Below are positions 24,900 through 38,000 of a stretch of 64,000 nt of DNA, piece after piece (position 1 is the stretch's first letter; every line of letters begins with the position of its first letter). The notes beneath the pieces were generated by a model that did no database searches, had not been told where the DNA came from, and saw only the letters and a program-made list of their open reading frames with translations. Origin of the DNA: Paraspadella gotoi (lineage: Eukaryota > Animalia > Chaetognatha); the NCBI GenBank assembly GCA_051294375.1, contig CM119270.1, positions 2,704,243 through 2,768,242 of the forward strand, in the 5' to 3' direction. The translations under genes and the position numbers were made by a program.

Positions 24900-27493
24900 C
24901 CGAAATAAACAACAAAAAATAAAAAAAAAAACTTTAGAAAATCAGAAAAATGATTTTCTCTTTTTTTATACTGACTAAATGATATTGGTTTCTTTCTTTA
25001 TGACGGTGCCACTATAGCCCACCGCCCCCCCCCCCGCCATTCCCTCTTTTCTTCTTTTTCTCCGCTCCTCTCCTTTTTTACTTTTTTTCTCCCCCTCTCC
25101 TTTCCCTTCTTTTTCTCATCTTTCTCATCGCGATCGCAATTTTGTTGCGGTCGAGATTGAAGAATCGCTCTCACACACAATCTCTCTCTCTCTCTCCCTC
25201 TTTCTCTTTTCCCTTCTTTTCTTTTTCTCCCTCTTCCTTCCTTTAAACCTTCGAGACAGTGGATCTAGTCAAAGGAGTAAAAAAAAATGCTCACATTGAA
25301 AAAATTAATACAATATATCTCTAAAGATTCATAATTTTTTTTTTAAATTTAATTTTTCATGCAGCAAATTTATTCTTCATCCTTAAGACGACCTTGTATT
25401 TTGTTTGTTATTAAAAACGAAGTTTATTTTTTAAATCTTTTTAACCATATTTCTCTTTCGCCCTGGCTATATCTCATTACAACAACAAAAAAATCATTTT
25501 ATATACGTTTTTTTTTAATTTGTTGACAGATTAATTCTTTTGCTATCTTTTATGTTTTATTATTTCGATAATGTCTTTTAATAAAGGCTATTAAGCAACT
25601 GCCTCTGTCGAGTTCGGTAAGAAAAGTCGTTGTAACAGTTTTACCTCGACTCACTTTAGTAACAAGATTGATTGAAGGCGTAACCAAGTCATATTTAATG
25701 CGCTTATTTTTTGCCTTAACCATATTGTCTTCGTTATTTTTTCCAAGCAATACGCGCAGCTTGTTTACTAATTTTATAATCGAGACATACTATTTCGTTT
25801 CCATGTATCTCTTAATAATTTTTTGGTTCAAATTTTTGTACGTTTTGTGACTTGGATTCATGGTACAAACCAAAATATCTCAAAATTACTCTACGGACAA
25901 GATGTTATACCAACTTTGCAGCTTAATGATAACATATCCATCGTAATTATTTTTTTATTTTCTTTCCCCTAATTTTATTAATTTTCAGTAAACAAAATAT
26001 TTGTAAAAAGCTTTTTTGCTCAAATATTAGGAATTTATTGCGATTACTAAATTTTGCTTCGTTTTTCTTTTCAATAAACCCATTGTTAAACAAAAATGAT
26101 GATGTTCTGCTAGTTACAATTGCTGTTTTGTCAAAAAATATCGATGATGATGAAATTTATTTTTTTTATACATTGTCTGAAAAAACAAATATGATTCGTG
26201 TTCTCTTGTAGTTTTTTATCATACAAAACGCATAGTATATTAAAATTTTAAATTTTTATCCTATAATCTTTGCAAGAATGTTAAACGATTTTTTTTTAAT
26301 ATCAACTTGCTATTTAAGATTTCCTGTAACTCACCCTTGATTTGTAAGTTTGTATTCTACTCTATCTGGAACCGCACTTTTTTAAAAATTACTTAAAAGT
26401 TTCTACAGCTGAATTTTTTTCTAAAAATAAAAATGACTCGATCAGATGATATCCATTATAGTTGTGATGATATCATCTTGAATTTAGATGATATCGTGGA
26501 TAATTATTGCTGTGGTTTTTTTTTTTTATCTGCATACCCAGTGCCTGGTGCTGGTAGTCATGATTTGATAGCCCTTTTTATACATTGAAATATGTCATAC
26601 CAAAGGACGCATGAGTCGGCCGTCTCTCATAATGCTTTTCAATTCGGTACATGTTTTTAGTGATTTATTTAATTATTTAAAATATATTTATGTTCAGGTG
26701 CAATTTTTATTTGGCTATCGCGACGTAGAAGGACGTGAAATATAGTTTAAATAAATTTACAGAATTAAATTCATTTAAAAAAATGAGCAAACTGAGCTTT
26801 TTTTCTTATTGTTTAAATAGAAAGAAACTTTTTATCTCGTACTTTTGCTATTTAATGCCATGTTATGAACGCTTTTTGAATGATCAGTAATGAATGAAAA
26901 CAGTTAAGAGTGTTGCACTATTTTTTTTAAAACTTGAGAAACGATTTTTTTTCCCTTAGTTTTGATCGTCAGTTCTGTTAATCGAGTTTATTTTATAATC
27001 AAAGGAGAACAAACTGATTTGATTAATTTTTTAAAAAATTGATTTGTTACGAGAATTAGCATTAATAGATTCTCTTTTCTGGTTTTATTCATTCTGCAAA
27101 TATCTCATACCAAAATTGATAACATAGTCTCCTGAAATAAATTTTTATTTAATAGCAGTTTTAAGTGTATTTATTTTCAATTTTCATCACGTGATTTAGA
27201 AAGTTCTTTAATGAAATCTCCAAAACAGTTTGACATTAATTATCGCATTATATTTGTCGCTTTGGACAATTATTACTTTTGAAACATTCTTGTCAATTGT
27301 TGTTCATCTGCCGATTTAAACAGGTTTTACTGTCCATCGACACTTTCCTCGACCCCCTGCACCCGACCCGTCACATTTTATGGTCATCTCTCATTTTCCA
27401 CGATCCTGATTGGTCCTATTTTTCTCGCCCTTCGTCTAATTGGCCCCAGTCATGATATTTTTTTTTAATTTCGTTTATTTTCATTTTAAAAAC

Positions 27494-27537
<44 letters not shown>

Positions 27538-27544
27538 GAGAGAG

Positions 27545-27590
<46 letters not shown>

Positions 27591-27856
27591 CGATGACGGC
27601 GTCCCGCTGCTCGTTTTACAGGTCGTTCATGGTTACGGCGGGGGCCTTGAATACCAAGCTGCGTCTCGCTCCCCCTTATTTAATGTTTTTTAGCAGGACG
27701 CGAGTACACGCAACAAGGACAGAGACGGAGAGAATACAGAAAAAAAAAAGGCACGGGAGAGAGAGAGAAAAAGAAAAAAAAGAAAAAGCGGCATCGAACG
27801 CAAGAGCTCTCTCCCTTTCATCGCACAAAAACTTCGACTGAACAGTTATTCCTCGG

Positions 27857-27888
<32 letters not shown>

Positions 27889-29013
27889 AAAAAAAAGTAA
27901 AGAAAGGGACGGTCAATAAAAAAAAAGAAAAAAAAAACCGAAATAGTTTTATTTCTTTTTTGTCAAAGTTCCATGCGAAAAATCTCTTCAAGATCTCCTC
28001 CCACGAAGGACTTCCTTATTGTTTCTGAAGACTCGAACGAAAAAAAACAAAAAACATCGAATCGATTAATTTTTCTTTTTAATTTTTTTCAAATAACTTA
28101 AATTATTAATAAAAAAAAATAACCTTCGCTTTCCGATGGGTCAGATTTGATCCGAGGCGGATGGCTTAGATCGGACAAGAAAAACAATTATCTTCCTTGC
28201 TTCTCAATTAATTTCGGTAAGTATTAAAGTCAAGTTTTAAGCCCCGTTATTGAGATAGTCATTATCTATTTTCTATGTTGCTTCAATGCGATTTGCTTCC
28301 AAAGTTAAGTGAACTTGTCAAAATCGCGGTCAACATTGCAAAAACCGCGAGCCACGCCCAGAATCGTGCGTTTAAAACCGAAAAGAGGAAACTCGGTGTA
28401 GATCAAAAATGTCGTGACACCTTTTTTTTTTTGGTCATATATTTGACCGCCGAGTCTCTCCCGTTAATGTGGAACCGAACGGAAGTTCGCCGATGTTCAT
28501 CATTCTACAACCGATAAACATTTTTAATCTTTCTCTCAATCTAATTATTAGTTGGGGAGTGATAGCTTTCGATTTAGCGCTTTGACGAAGATCGAGCCTC
28601 TCTCGAAAGAGATATAACTTTTCTCAAAAATGGATGGATCTTTCCTCGAAGTTTTCAGTTTGGTCGCAGTTGATTAATATGATTTCGTGTTTGATCTTCG
28701 AGAATCGGTGTAACTTGGAGTATCATATACCGTATATCTTTATCTAATAGTAGCATCTTTTATAATATTACCTAAAAAGCCACAGAAAAAAAGTTTTTAA
28801 TGTCGAGATTGAGAGATTGTTAACGAGAGTCATTTATATAATGTTTTGTTTATGGAAATCAATCGATAAAAAAAATACTAACAATAAGGCTGAATAAGCT
28901 AAATTTCTATTATTACTTAAAAGGACACGAGAGAGAGAGAGAGAGACTAAGAGGCGATTCAAGGCCAAGGAGCGAGGAACTTCGATCTCGTTTCCGGGAC
29001 CTTGTCGAATCGT

Positions 29014-29137
<124 letters not shown>

Positions 29138-29842
29138 TCCGCTCGACCCATCGGGGATAGAAGGGACACGAAAGCCGGACCAAACTCATTCGACGAGATT
29201 GTCCCTTAGCCTTAACGTCTTTCCTTTTTTTTTCTTTTCTTTTTTCCACTTATAATCCCGAGGGAGGGTTAAGTCGGTAATGAACTTTTTTCTTGTCCTG
29301 CATCATTGCTATTTGTTCTTGACCCTTTTCTTTTGAAAAGAGAATTTGTTAAAATCTTTTCTCGAGATTTTTCCTCGTCACGGATATCGATTATATATAT
29401 ATAATATATATATATATTTATAATATATATATAATATATTATATATATCGGATATCGATAATCCGTTTTGATAACCAATTGTTAATTGTCAATTGACAAC
29501 ACTTTGGTTTATATTGACGATGTGTAGACTACGTGATATTGTATTATGTAATCGTTATAGCGTAATTAGTTTAGTAGAAATTAATTTTTGTGCTTCTAAT
29601 CGAATTCAAAATGGGAAAATTTTTTGAAATAATAAATAATCCTGCATTATTCTTATTATAAAGCAAAAGATGGTATTATTATCAACGTTAAAAGTGAACC
29701 CTCCAAAATGATTTTTTAGCCAAGTTTATCAGCTGATTATCTAAGAGACGTTAGACTAGAAATACGTTAAAAACTTTTTGAGTTAGCAAAACATATTTTA
29801 AAGATCACGCCTCTTCATCTTTCCTTCGCAACCTTTCCAGGA

Positions 29843-30803
29843 ATGAAGGACCAAGAGGCGAGTCGCAAATTTCGAGAACTGGAGTTGAAGGTTGAGTTTC
29901 TGGAGCAAACCAAGGCAGAACTGGAGCAGCAGCTCGAAGGCCTAAGGAACGAACGGAAGGAACTCAACGAACAATGTCTGGGTCTAACTTCGAAGAATGG
30001 GGAACTCGTCAAGGTTTACGATAATTGATTGATTTGGTTGATAAATGGATACCGTGCTAACAATTTAACCTTTGTAATTATTGGTAGGTAGGATTTTCTT
30101 TAATAAACATATGAATATAAAGATAGATATATATTAGTTATATTACGCCATTCAACCAACCGCTTCGAGTGAGAACATATATCACGGTTTCAACCGTTGT
30201 TCTTTTGTGTACCCAAAAGGAATTGGAGGAAGTAGACCGCCTCTCGCGGGAGTTGGAGGAAGATAAGAACACTGCAGTTCGAACGGCCGAAGAGGAAATT
30301 CAACAAATGCGTCAAGATCTCGAGGTGACGAGGCCAAGCACGAGGCCAAGCGAAGCTCAAGCGTAGCTCAAGAGTAGCCCAATGATTGGAAAATCGTTAA
30401 ATGGATTAAATTAATTTAAAACTGATTTTCTTTTCTCCCGATGCGAAAGGTGGCGACGAGGAGAATAGATGACTTGTCCGGCGGATCTGAGCAGCTGAGG
30501 GCCGAGAGAAGAGCTCTCATGGCGGAAGTAGAGAGGTGAGAATGGATAGATAAGTAAAATAGAGAGGTGTGAGGAGAAGGGTGACAAATTTTTAATGATG
30601 TGTCCGAAAGAGATTGAAAATTTGAAAATATTATGAAAATTGTTGTATGGTGAAATTTTAAAGGTTTGTAACTTACATAAAATTTTAAAAAACAAGAATA
30701 ATTAAAAAAATTTTTTAAAAAATATTGCTTGTCATTATGCTTCAATAAATATTGAAATGTCCTGTATACCAGTCTTCCCTAAATAATAATAATAATAATA
30801 ATA

Positions 30804-30847
<44 letters not shown>

Positions 30848-32045
30848 GTTTTAGTACAAATCAGTATTAAAAAAGTCCTTTTCAAATTCTGGCCCGCCTC
30901 ATTCCCCAATTCCCCTTTATCCTTCTCTCCGACGACAGACTCTCGACCCGGACCCTCGGCATGACCCAAGACTCGGACCGCATCGAGTCCGCACTCGACC
31001 GGACGCGCGGCGACCGGAAGCGACTCATGGAGAAAGTGAACCGACTCCTCGTCAACGAGAAAGAACTCGTGGCCGAGATCGAGAGGCTCAAACACGCGGG
31101 CAAGGAGAGCCCCAAAAAGATGGCCAGGTCGGGGAGGGGGATTGCGGGCGAAGAAAGCCTTGAAAATAAGGCGAGGTTGCGGGAAAAGAGAGCCCTAAAC
31201 TAGGCTAAAGCTAGGATAAAGCTAAAGCTAAATCTAGGCTAAAGCTAAAAAGATTTATTTTAAAAAGTTTATTTAAGTGTGAGTTTAAAAACAACTGTTT
31301 TTTTTTTTTCCAAGATAAATTCACTAGTAAACAAGATGACATCCGAGCTAGTCTTTTTCACCTTCGAGATGGCAGCACTGATCCTTGTTTCACGAAATTT
31401 AGTCGAATTACCGAGAGAGATTTAAAAAAAACAAAAGATACGAAACGTTCATTTGTGTGTTGTATTTGTAAAGGATATAATGCCGGTTATTTCAGTGATA
31501 GTTGCGTTTAGATCATTACCACATATCAAGTAGACGAGTATTATTCACACTTTTCAACAATGCAACACTCTCTTCAGCATTGCCTCCCCCCGCACTTGCC
31601 ATCCAGGCTTCCTAATCGGATCGACTCCATGGTCCGCCACTTCGAAGAAGAGCGCGACCACTACGTCCAGGAGTGCGAGGTGCTTCTCGAGACGCTGCAG
31701 CGGACCAAGACTGTCGACGGATCCGTGGGCCCTTTGAACAGGTTGAGTTCTTGTGTGGCCTGTGTGGGATTTGTAGTGGGTGGTCAAACGGGGAAATGGG
31801 TGCTGATTTTGTGGATATTTTGTAGCTAGTGGAACGGATAAAATCTAGTTTAGATTTAGTACTATAAAAAGTTGAAGAAAATGTACAGAGAAAAATGGAA
31901 TGAGGCGTCAGAAGAGATGAATCAGACAGAGATAATTTAACATGTCAAAAATTTAACTAAAAAGATAAAATGAGGTTTTTTTGGAAGATTAAGATTTGTT
32001 GAAAACCTTGAAAAATGAATCTCGGGGAAATAAAAAACTGAATGG

Positions 32046-32093
<48 letters not shown>

Positions 32094-35000
32094 TCTTTCC
32101 GTTCTGAAATTTCTCACCTGCTTCGCGATTTTTTATTCGGAAGCAAAACGCGATTTTCTTAAGAAACTGGGAAGGGAGGGGAAAAGGAAAAAAGGACTTT
32201 GATGGATTAAGATTCTGGAAATGGAAATCGTAAAGCGAAAAGGAAAAAAAAAGGAAATGCGAGAAAAAGGTTTAAAAAAAAGGAAGAAAGGGTTTATTAA
32301 AGCGGGGGAAGTCGAAATATGAGCAAAAATATGGAAAGGAAATGGACGTACGTAAAACGTTTATGAATACAGAAGAAAAATATAAAAAATGAGGATTCTG
32401 TTATGTCATATCCTGTAAGACGGATGGAGGGGCTTAACTCACCATAGCCTGTTCAAAGTTTGGGGCGAAATAGCTTGCTTATTGTATGAATGGATTTTTT
32501 TTCTTTTTTTGGAATTTGATAATTTATAATGGAAAGGCAGAATGGTTCATATTATATATACACAAACGGAAGAAAGAAAAAAGTTTAAGAAAAAGAAAGA
32601 GAAAAAATATGAGATAATAATATATTTATTGAAGAAGCGAGTAATTCCTGACTCGAAAAAGTTTTTGACTCGTGAGAGAATTCTTGAAAGAAAGGGCAAA
32701 GTTCTTCAGACGCTCGCAGCGCACATACTGAGTGTAAAAAAAAAAAGAAAGAAACATTTCCGCAAAATGAAAAAAAAAAACCCGAAAGAAATCCACTTTT
32801 CACTCTGAAAAAAAAAAGAAGAAAAAAGAAAGAAAAAAGAAAGAAAAAAGAAAGAAAAAAAGAAAGAAGAAGAAAAAAAGAAAGAAAAAAAGAAAGAAAA
32901 AGAAGAAAAAAGAAAGAACATCGAGAGAGAATCAAGACGCCAGAATCGAAATCGGATCGGCGAAGCGAGCAAACTCGCCCGGAAGTAAGAATGGAAACAT
33001 TCTCATTGGTTTGAAGACAAATGGCATCGGCCAATGGGCAGATGGGCTTCTTTCCGGCTGTAAACTTTACCATTGCCTCCGATCCGATTGCAGGGTATAA
33101 ATAGGAAACCCAACTTGTATTGATTCACTCTGCCTCTTGTATTGACACCGTCTTTGTATATATTGTCTTAATTCTTGAAGAAATAAATCCACTTTGGTTT
33201 CGCCTAGAAATCCCTGTCTATTTACTTAAATGTGGTGACAGGAGTGGATTCGATACACCACGTCTCCACGGAAGAAGAACCAAGCCTTACGCCACCAAGA
33301 ACCACGCCACCCTTCAAGAAGATGGATTCGCCCGCCCCAACGATCCCCCTGCCAAACCAGGAGTGGAAGAAAGGGGCTGCGACGCCAATCACAGGCGCCG
33401 CGCCAACACAAGACGGTATGCAGCAAGCGCGTGCGGAACTCGAGTTCCACACATTCGAACTCACCGACACTTGCAGCGACACTGCCAATCAGGCAATGAG
33501 CAGGCAGAGGTCACCCTCCAAATGCTCAAGATCATCAAACGATGTCAACTGCACAACAGGCAAGAAATGGCTGTCCTCAAAAGCTCGCGTCAAGGACTGT
33601 GAGGCCGGCCTTGATCAAAGATTGACGATCTCCGCGGCATGATGAAAGAATGATGACCCAAGTCAGCAAGCAACAGCCAACGAGACGTTAATGAAAGACT
33701 CAAGGGCTTGGCCCAAACCCCGACCCCTCCCGAATCTACCCCAACCTTCGCCGACGCCTGCCGCCATGATCAAACCCAAGAACCCTTCCTCAGACAGCCC
33801 AGACAAAACTTTGCCAAAATCCCGTGAGGAAACACCATCGAGAGTGGAAGGAGCGACCCACCCCTCATATTCCCCGTCCTGAGCAGCAATAACTCGAAAA
33901 GAGGAGGCCCGACGAATCTCCGGCCGAATTCCTCAGGAGTTTTTACGAAGCCTTCAGGACTCACCGACACCAGATAAAGTGGATCGCAACTGCGCGCCTT
34001 CTCGCCAGAGACAAAGTCGCCAGCCGATACGTCGAGCTATAAGCCAATATGTGGCTGGGGCTAAGGGCATTCTGCGAGGAGGCTCCACCATAAGATTACC
34101 GAGGCCCTCGCCGAGGCGAAAATCGAAGTCGACCGCAGATTCACGCCAATATGGCCTGGCGCTGGTCAATGCCGCCAAGGAGAATTTCGAGGCAGTCAGG
34201 GAAAAGATAGGGCTTCCATCCCTGACTATGTCAGCACAAATGCTGGTGGAAGCCCTTGAACCCTACGTGCCTGGAATCACGTCGGAAACTTTGAGTGGAC
34301 AACGCTGCTCGAACATGCGAAGACTCGCGCTTATAGGAAAAAGCGTAGAGTATAAACTAAGGGTTATCTCAAAAAGACTCCGACGTCGCCGTCAGGAAAA
34401 TCGTTCAAGACCGTGTCTGAAGACGATAAGAAAAATTGGTCATGCCCTGGTGCAAAAAGGGGCAGACCGATAAGGATCCAACCGCCAGCGCCACATCATT
34501 TATCAAGCTCGATGTTGCAGGAAATGAACAACATGAGCGAGATGATGAAGGAGCTCAAAAGGAGTTGGGGAGGAACGGACGTCAAACGCGATCGTCGAGA
34601 GGACCGCTTACGAACGCCGGAGCGACGCAGCCCAACAGGGATCAAGAAAAAGATCCTACAAAAATCGCGACTGGAAGAACGACAAAAAAGCCAGCTGGCG
34701 CGACGAGAAAAAGGGAAGAAAAAGTCCAAAATTTCGGAAAGAGAGAGACATTGTAGATTTTAACCCATGCTGTGATATTGACTCTGCTTCTGATCCTGAT
34801 GACAATAAAACGATTTTTATTACAACCGTGTCATAAACAAAGAAAAAAAGGATGAGAAGAAAAAAGACAACAACAACAGCTAAAAGTTACCTACAAGGAG
34901 TTGGAGAGAAAGTGATGGCGTTAACACCGGGATGTTGAAACCCACTCCAGAGAAAAAGTAAAGACCTTGGCTGGCACAGCGAACAAACTAAGGGGTAATC

Positions 35001-38000
35001 TACAGCATCGAGAATGTACAAGCTGTTCAGACCCTTACGCCAACGAATTGCTCTCCAAAAATTATCCCCAAAAACCAAAGATGGGTTGGAAAGAGTGCCC
35101 CCTCGCAGATGTGGCTGGAAAAAAAGCATCATCTCGAGATCGAAAAGCCTGCGCCAAGTTAATGAGGAGGGCAGGCGAAACGATGACGACGACGTTTGAA
35201 ACTCGCCAAATCATCTAAGCATTCCAGTCACCAATCATCCAACCAGTCGGATAAATCAAAAGTCACTCGACAAATCAAATGACTCGACTTCCCACTCAAC
35301 AAGTCTACTCGACCAATCAACTCGACCAATCAACCAATCACCAGAGTTCTCCGCGATCGCTTTTCCCCACCCACAAAAGAAATAAGGCAACCCAGCCAAA
35401 CGAGGGAAAGGTTAGGCTTAAGGAAACTGGAGGCCAGCCGCAGCAAAACAACCCACATATTGCATAATAGCCGGAACAAGCTGGAGAATCGCTCCCATCA
35501 GGCGACAATAAGACGAGTAGAACTCGAGTGTCACCAGCCAGAAACCTTTCTACCTGTAAAGACCAAGCGGAGAGCCTACAGGGACGAAACGGACTTGCCT
35601 GGCCTTCCGGAAGTCATCGCCAGCACATACAAGAAGGACCGGACCCGAACCCAGGACGACACAAACCTCGCTTGCCACACAGGACGGAATAGCTACATCC
35701 CAGCAGGTAATCGCGGGGGGCGCCTGCTAGCGCTTATATGATACCGCGCCTCAATCAACACAGTGCAAGAATTCGTAGAAAAGTGGGGATTGTCTAGCCG
35801 TATCTACCACGGAACGCCGCTACGATTATCCCGGCCACTGGAAACAATCACCTGACAGAAAGAATCAACTTAGAGTGATGTTTCAGAACTGGGTATTACG
35901 AACAATCTTTTATGTCTCGCTGATGAAACGGACATGACATAATCATTGGAACCGCCATCACAAACCCAGGCCCGCCAAACCAACTCTGGGTGGTACAACA
36001 CCTCCAACAAAGGCAAGATTTGCAAATAGCCTCAATGGATAAGAAACCAATCACACACTTCGTTCGAAACAAGTATGAGGCGTGCAAAGCGGCAAGATGG
36101 CTTGCACGAGGAAACATACGACGAACAAACAACCTGCCTTTACACGCCGAAAGGGACCAAGATGGAAAGATTAAGTTAACGTCCAACAAAGCCTACTGGA
36201 AAACTCTAACCGGACGCGATGGATCATCGAGGCCGGAAAATGATGATAAGATATACATCGCGGAAGGTGATCAACTAAAGAGGCGGATAGAATAAACGCT
36301 GAGCCGGGTCACTGGGAACAGCGCGCCCTTGATCACCAATGAGGCAAAAACTGAATTACACCTCGAGACTGACGAACACAGCCGAACCAGTACAGGCTGT
36401 ATCTAACAGGAAAAGAGCCTCTTCTCAAGAAAGGTCAGAAAGGATCACATCCCAGCAACAACCATAGTACTCATAAGCCAAGTGCCGAGGAACTCGAAAA
36501 GCAGAGAGGAAGCTCGAAAAAGAAGAAAACAAAAGCACGACGACCGGGAAAGAAGCCTTTTCTAAAGCCATTTAAGGACGTCGACCCTCAGCCTCAGGAA
36601 AAAAGCTCAACTTGTCTGGGACGTAGTATGGGATTATCGAGATGTGTTTGAGATCGATTCAAGATGCAAAGAGGGATTCCTCAACACAGAGTAGACATGG
36701 CGTTTACACCAATGAGGATCTCCCAAAACCAAATTCGCCAATCATGGACCCGTCAAAAAGGCCGGCCCTCAAACGATATCTGGAGGTTTATGAAAGGCTG
36801 GCACTCTCCAGGACAAGGAACGAGGGCCTATTCGAACGCCTTTCTCATTCAAAAAACCAGGACATATTCGCCGAAGGTCAAGACCAATGAACGACGAAAC
36901 TTGTGCAAAACAATGGCGATTAATCTGTGATCTCTCGGCCGTCAATAACAATATTTTCTACTTACGCGACAGAAACGCAACCATAGCGTCAATACTGAAC
37001 ATATAAGCCACACAGAACTCCAATGTTCAGTGGATTACTTGGCATGCTTGTCCACCAGGTCAATCTCTCAGACGATGTAAACCAGTTACAACCTTCGCTG
37101 GGCCGCCACAACTGGTGGATGAACAACTGCCCATGGCGGAGTAAACAAGCGTCAACGTCCTCCAGGCAATTCTGGACGAAATCTTCCAACACCTGGGACC
37201 GACGTGAGAAAAAGTTCTCGTCTATGTCGATGATCTGATTCTGACACGCAAAATCTCCAGAGGACATGGCTCAAAGGCTACGTGATCTCCTACAAAGATG
37301 CAGGGACGAGAACGTAGTCCTCAAATGGACAAAAAGTGTGCTGTTGCGCAAGGAAGACATCAAAATCCGGGCTTCAGCATCTCCAAAAGCAAGCTCTTAC
37401 CACAGAGGGAAAAGCTTGATGCCGTCGAAGTCAAGGCTGAAGACGCTCAAACGCAAAAGGAACTCAGAGCAATGTAGCATCACTAAACTACTACAGATCT
37501 TCCACATCGTTTCTGCCTACATCGCCCACTCTTTCACGCCTCACCTACATGACAAAAGCGAGTTCAAGCTAACAGCAAAGGCACCATCGGAGATGCTGCA
37601 GAATGCTCGTCGAAGAGATGAAGGTCATCCACCCTGGACTAAACTTCTCAATGAACGCAAGGGTTCAGGCATCGGATCATCATCGATTAATGCTGACGCC
37701 AGCGACAGCGCAATGACGGCGGATAAATTACCGCACGGCATGAGGCGCTCGAATATCCATTATCCCATTCCCATTCCAAATCTTTCCCGGAGGAATAATA
37801 GGGATAAAAGCATATCAAACGTCCTAGAAACGCTCGCTTTCAATATGATGGGGTTTCGAGTTCAAATAGGTTACACCTGCGGACAGAAACGTCACTCTAA
37901 TATCACAGATTCACCAAGTAAATTTCAAGAGGGTGATGGATCTACAGCACGAGACGAAAAACAACAGCTGTTACCCCCGGCAAACGTGTGAGAGGGATAA

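Noticed and set aside
26473-26497. 12-bp hairpin around GATATCATCT/AGATGATATC with a TGATGA box
   Set aside because: Too short for a pre-miRNA, and there is no paired CTGA D box for a C/D snoRNA.
29380-29466. Palindrome enclosing an (AT)n tract
   Set aside because: Mostly self-complementary AT repeat with short arms and no TSD.
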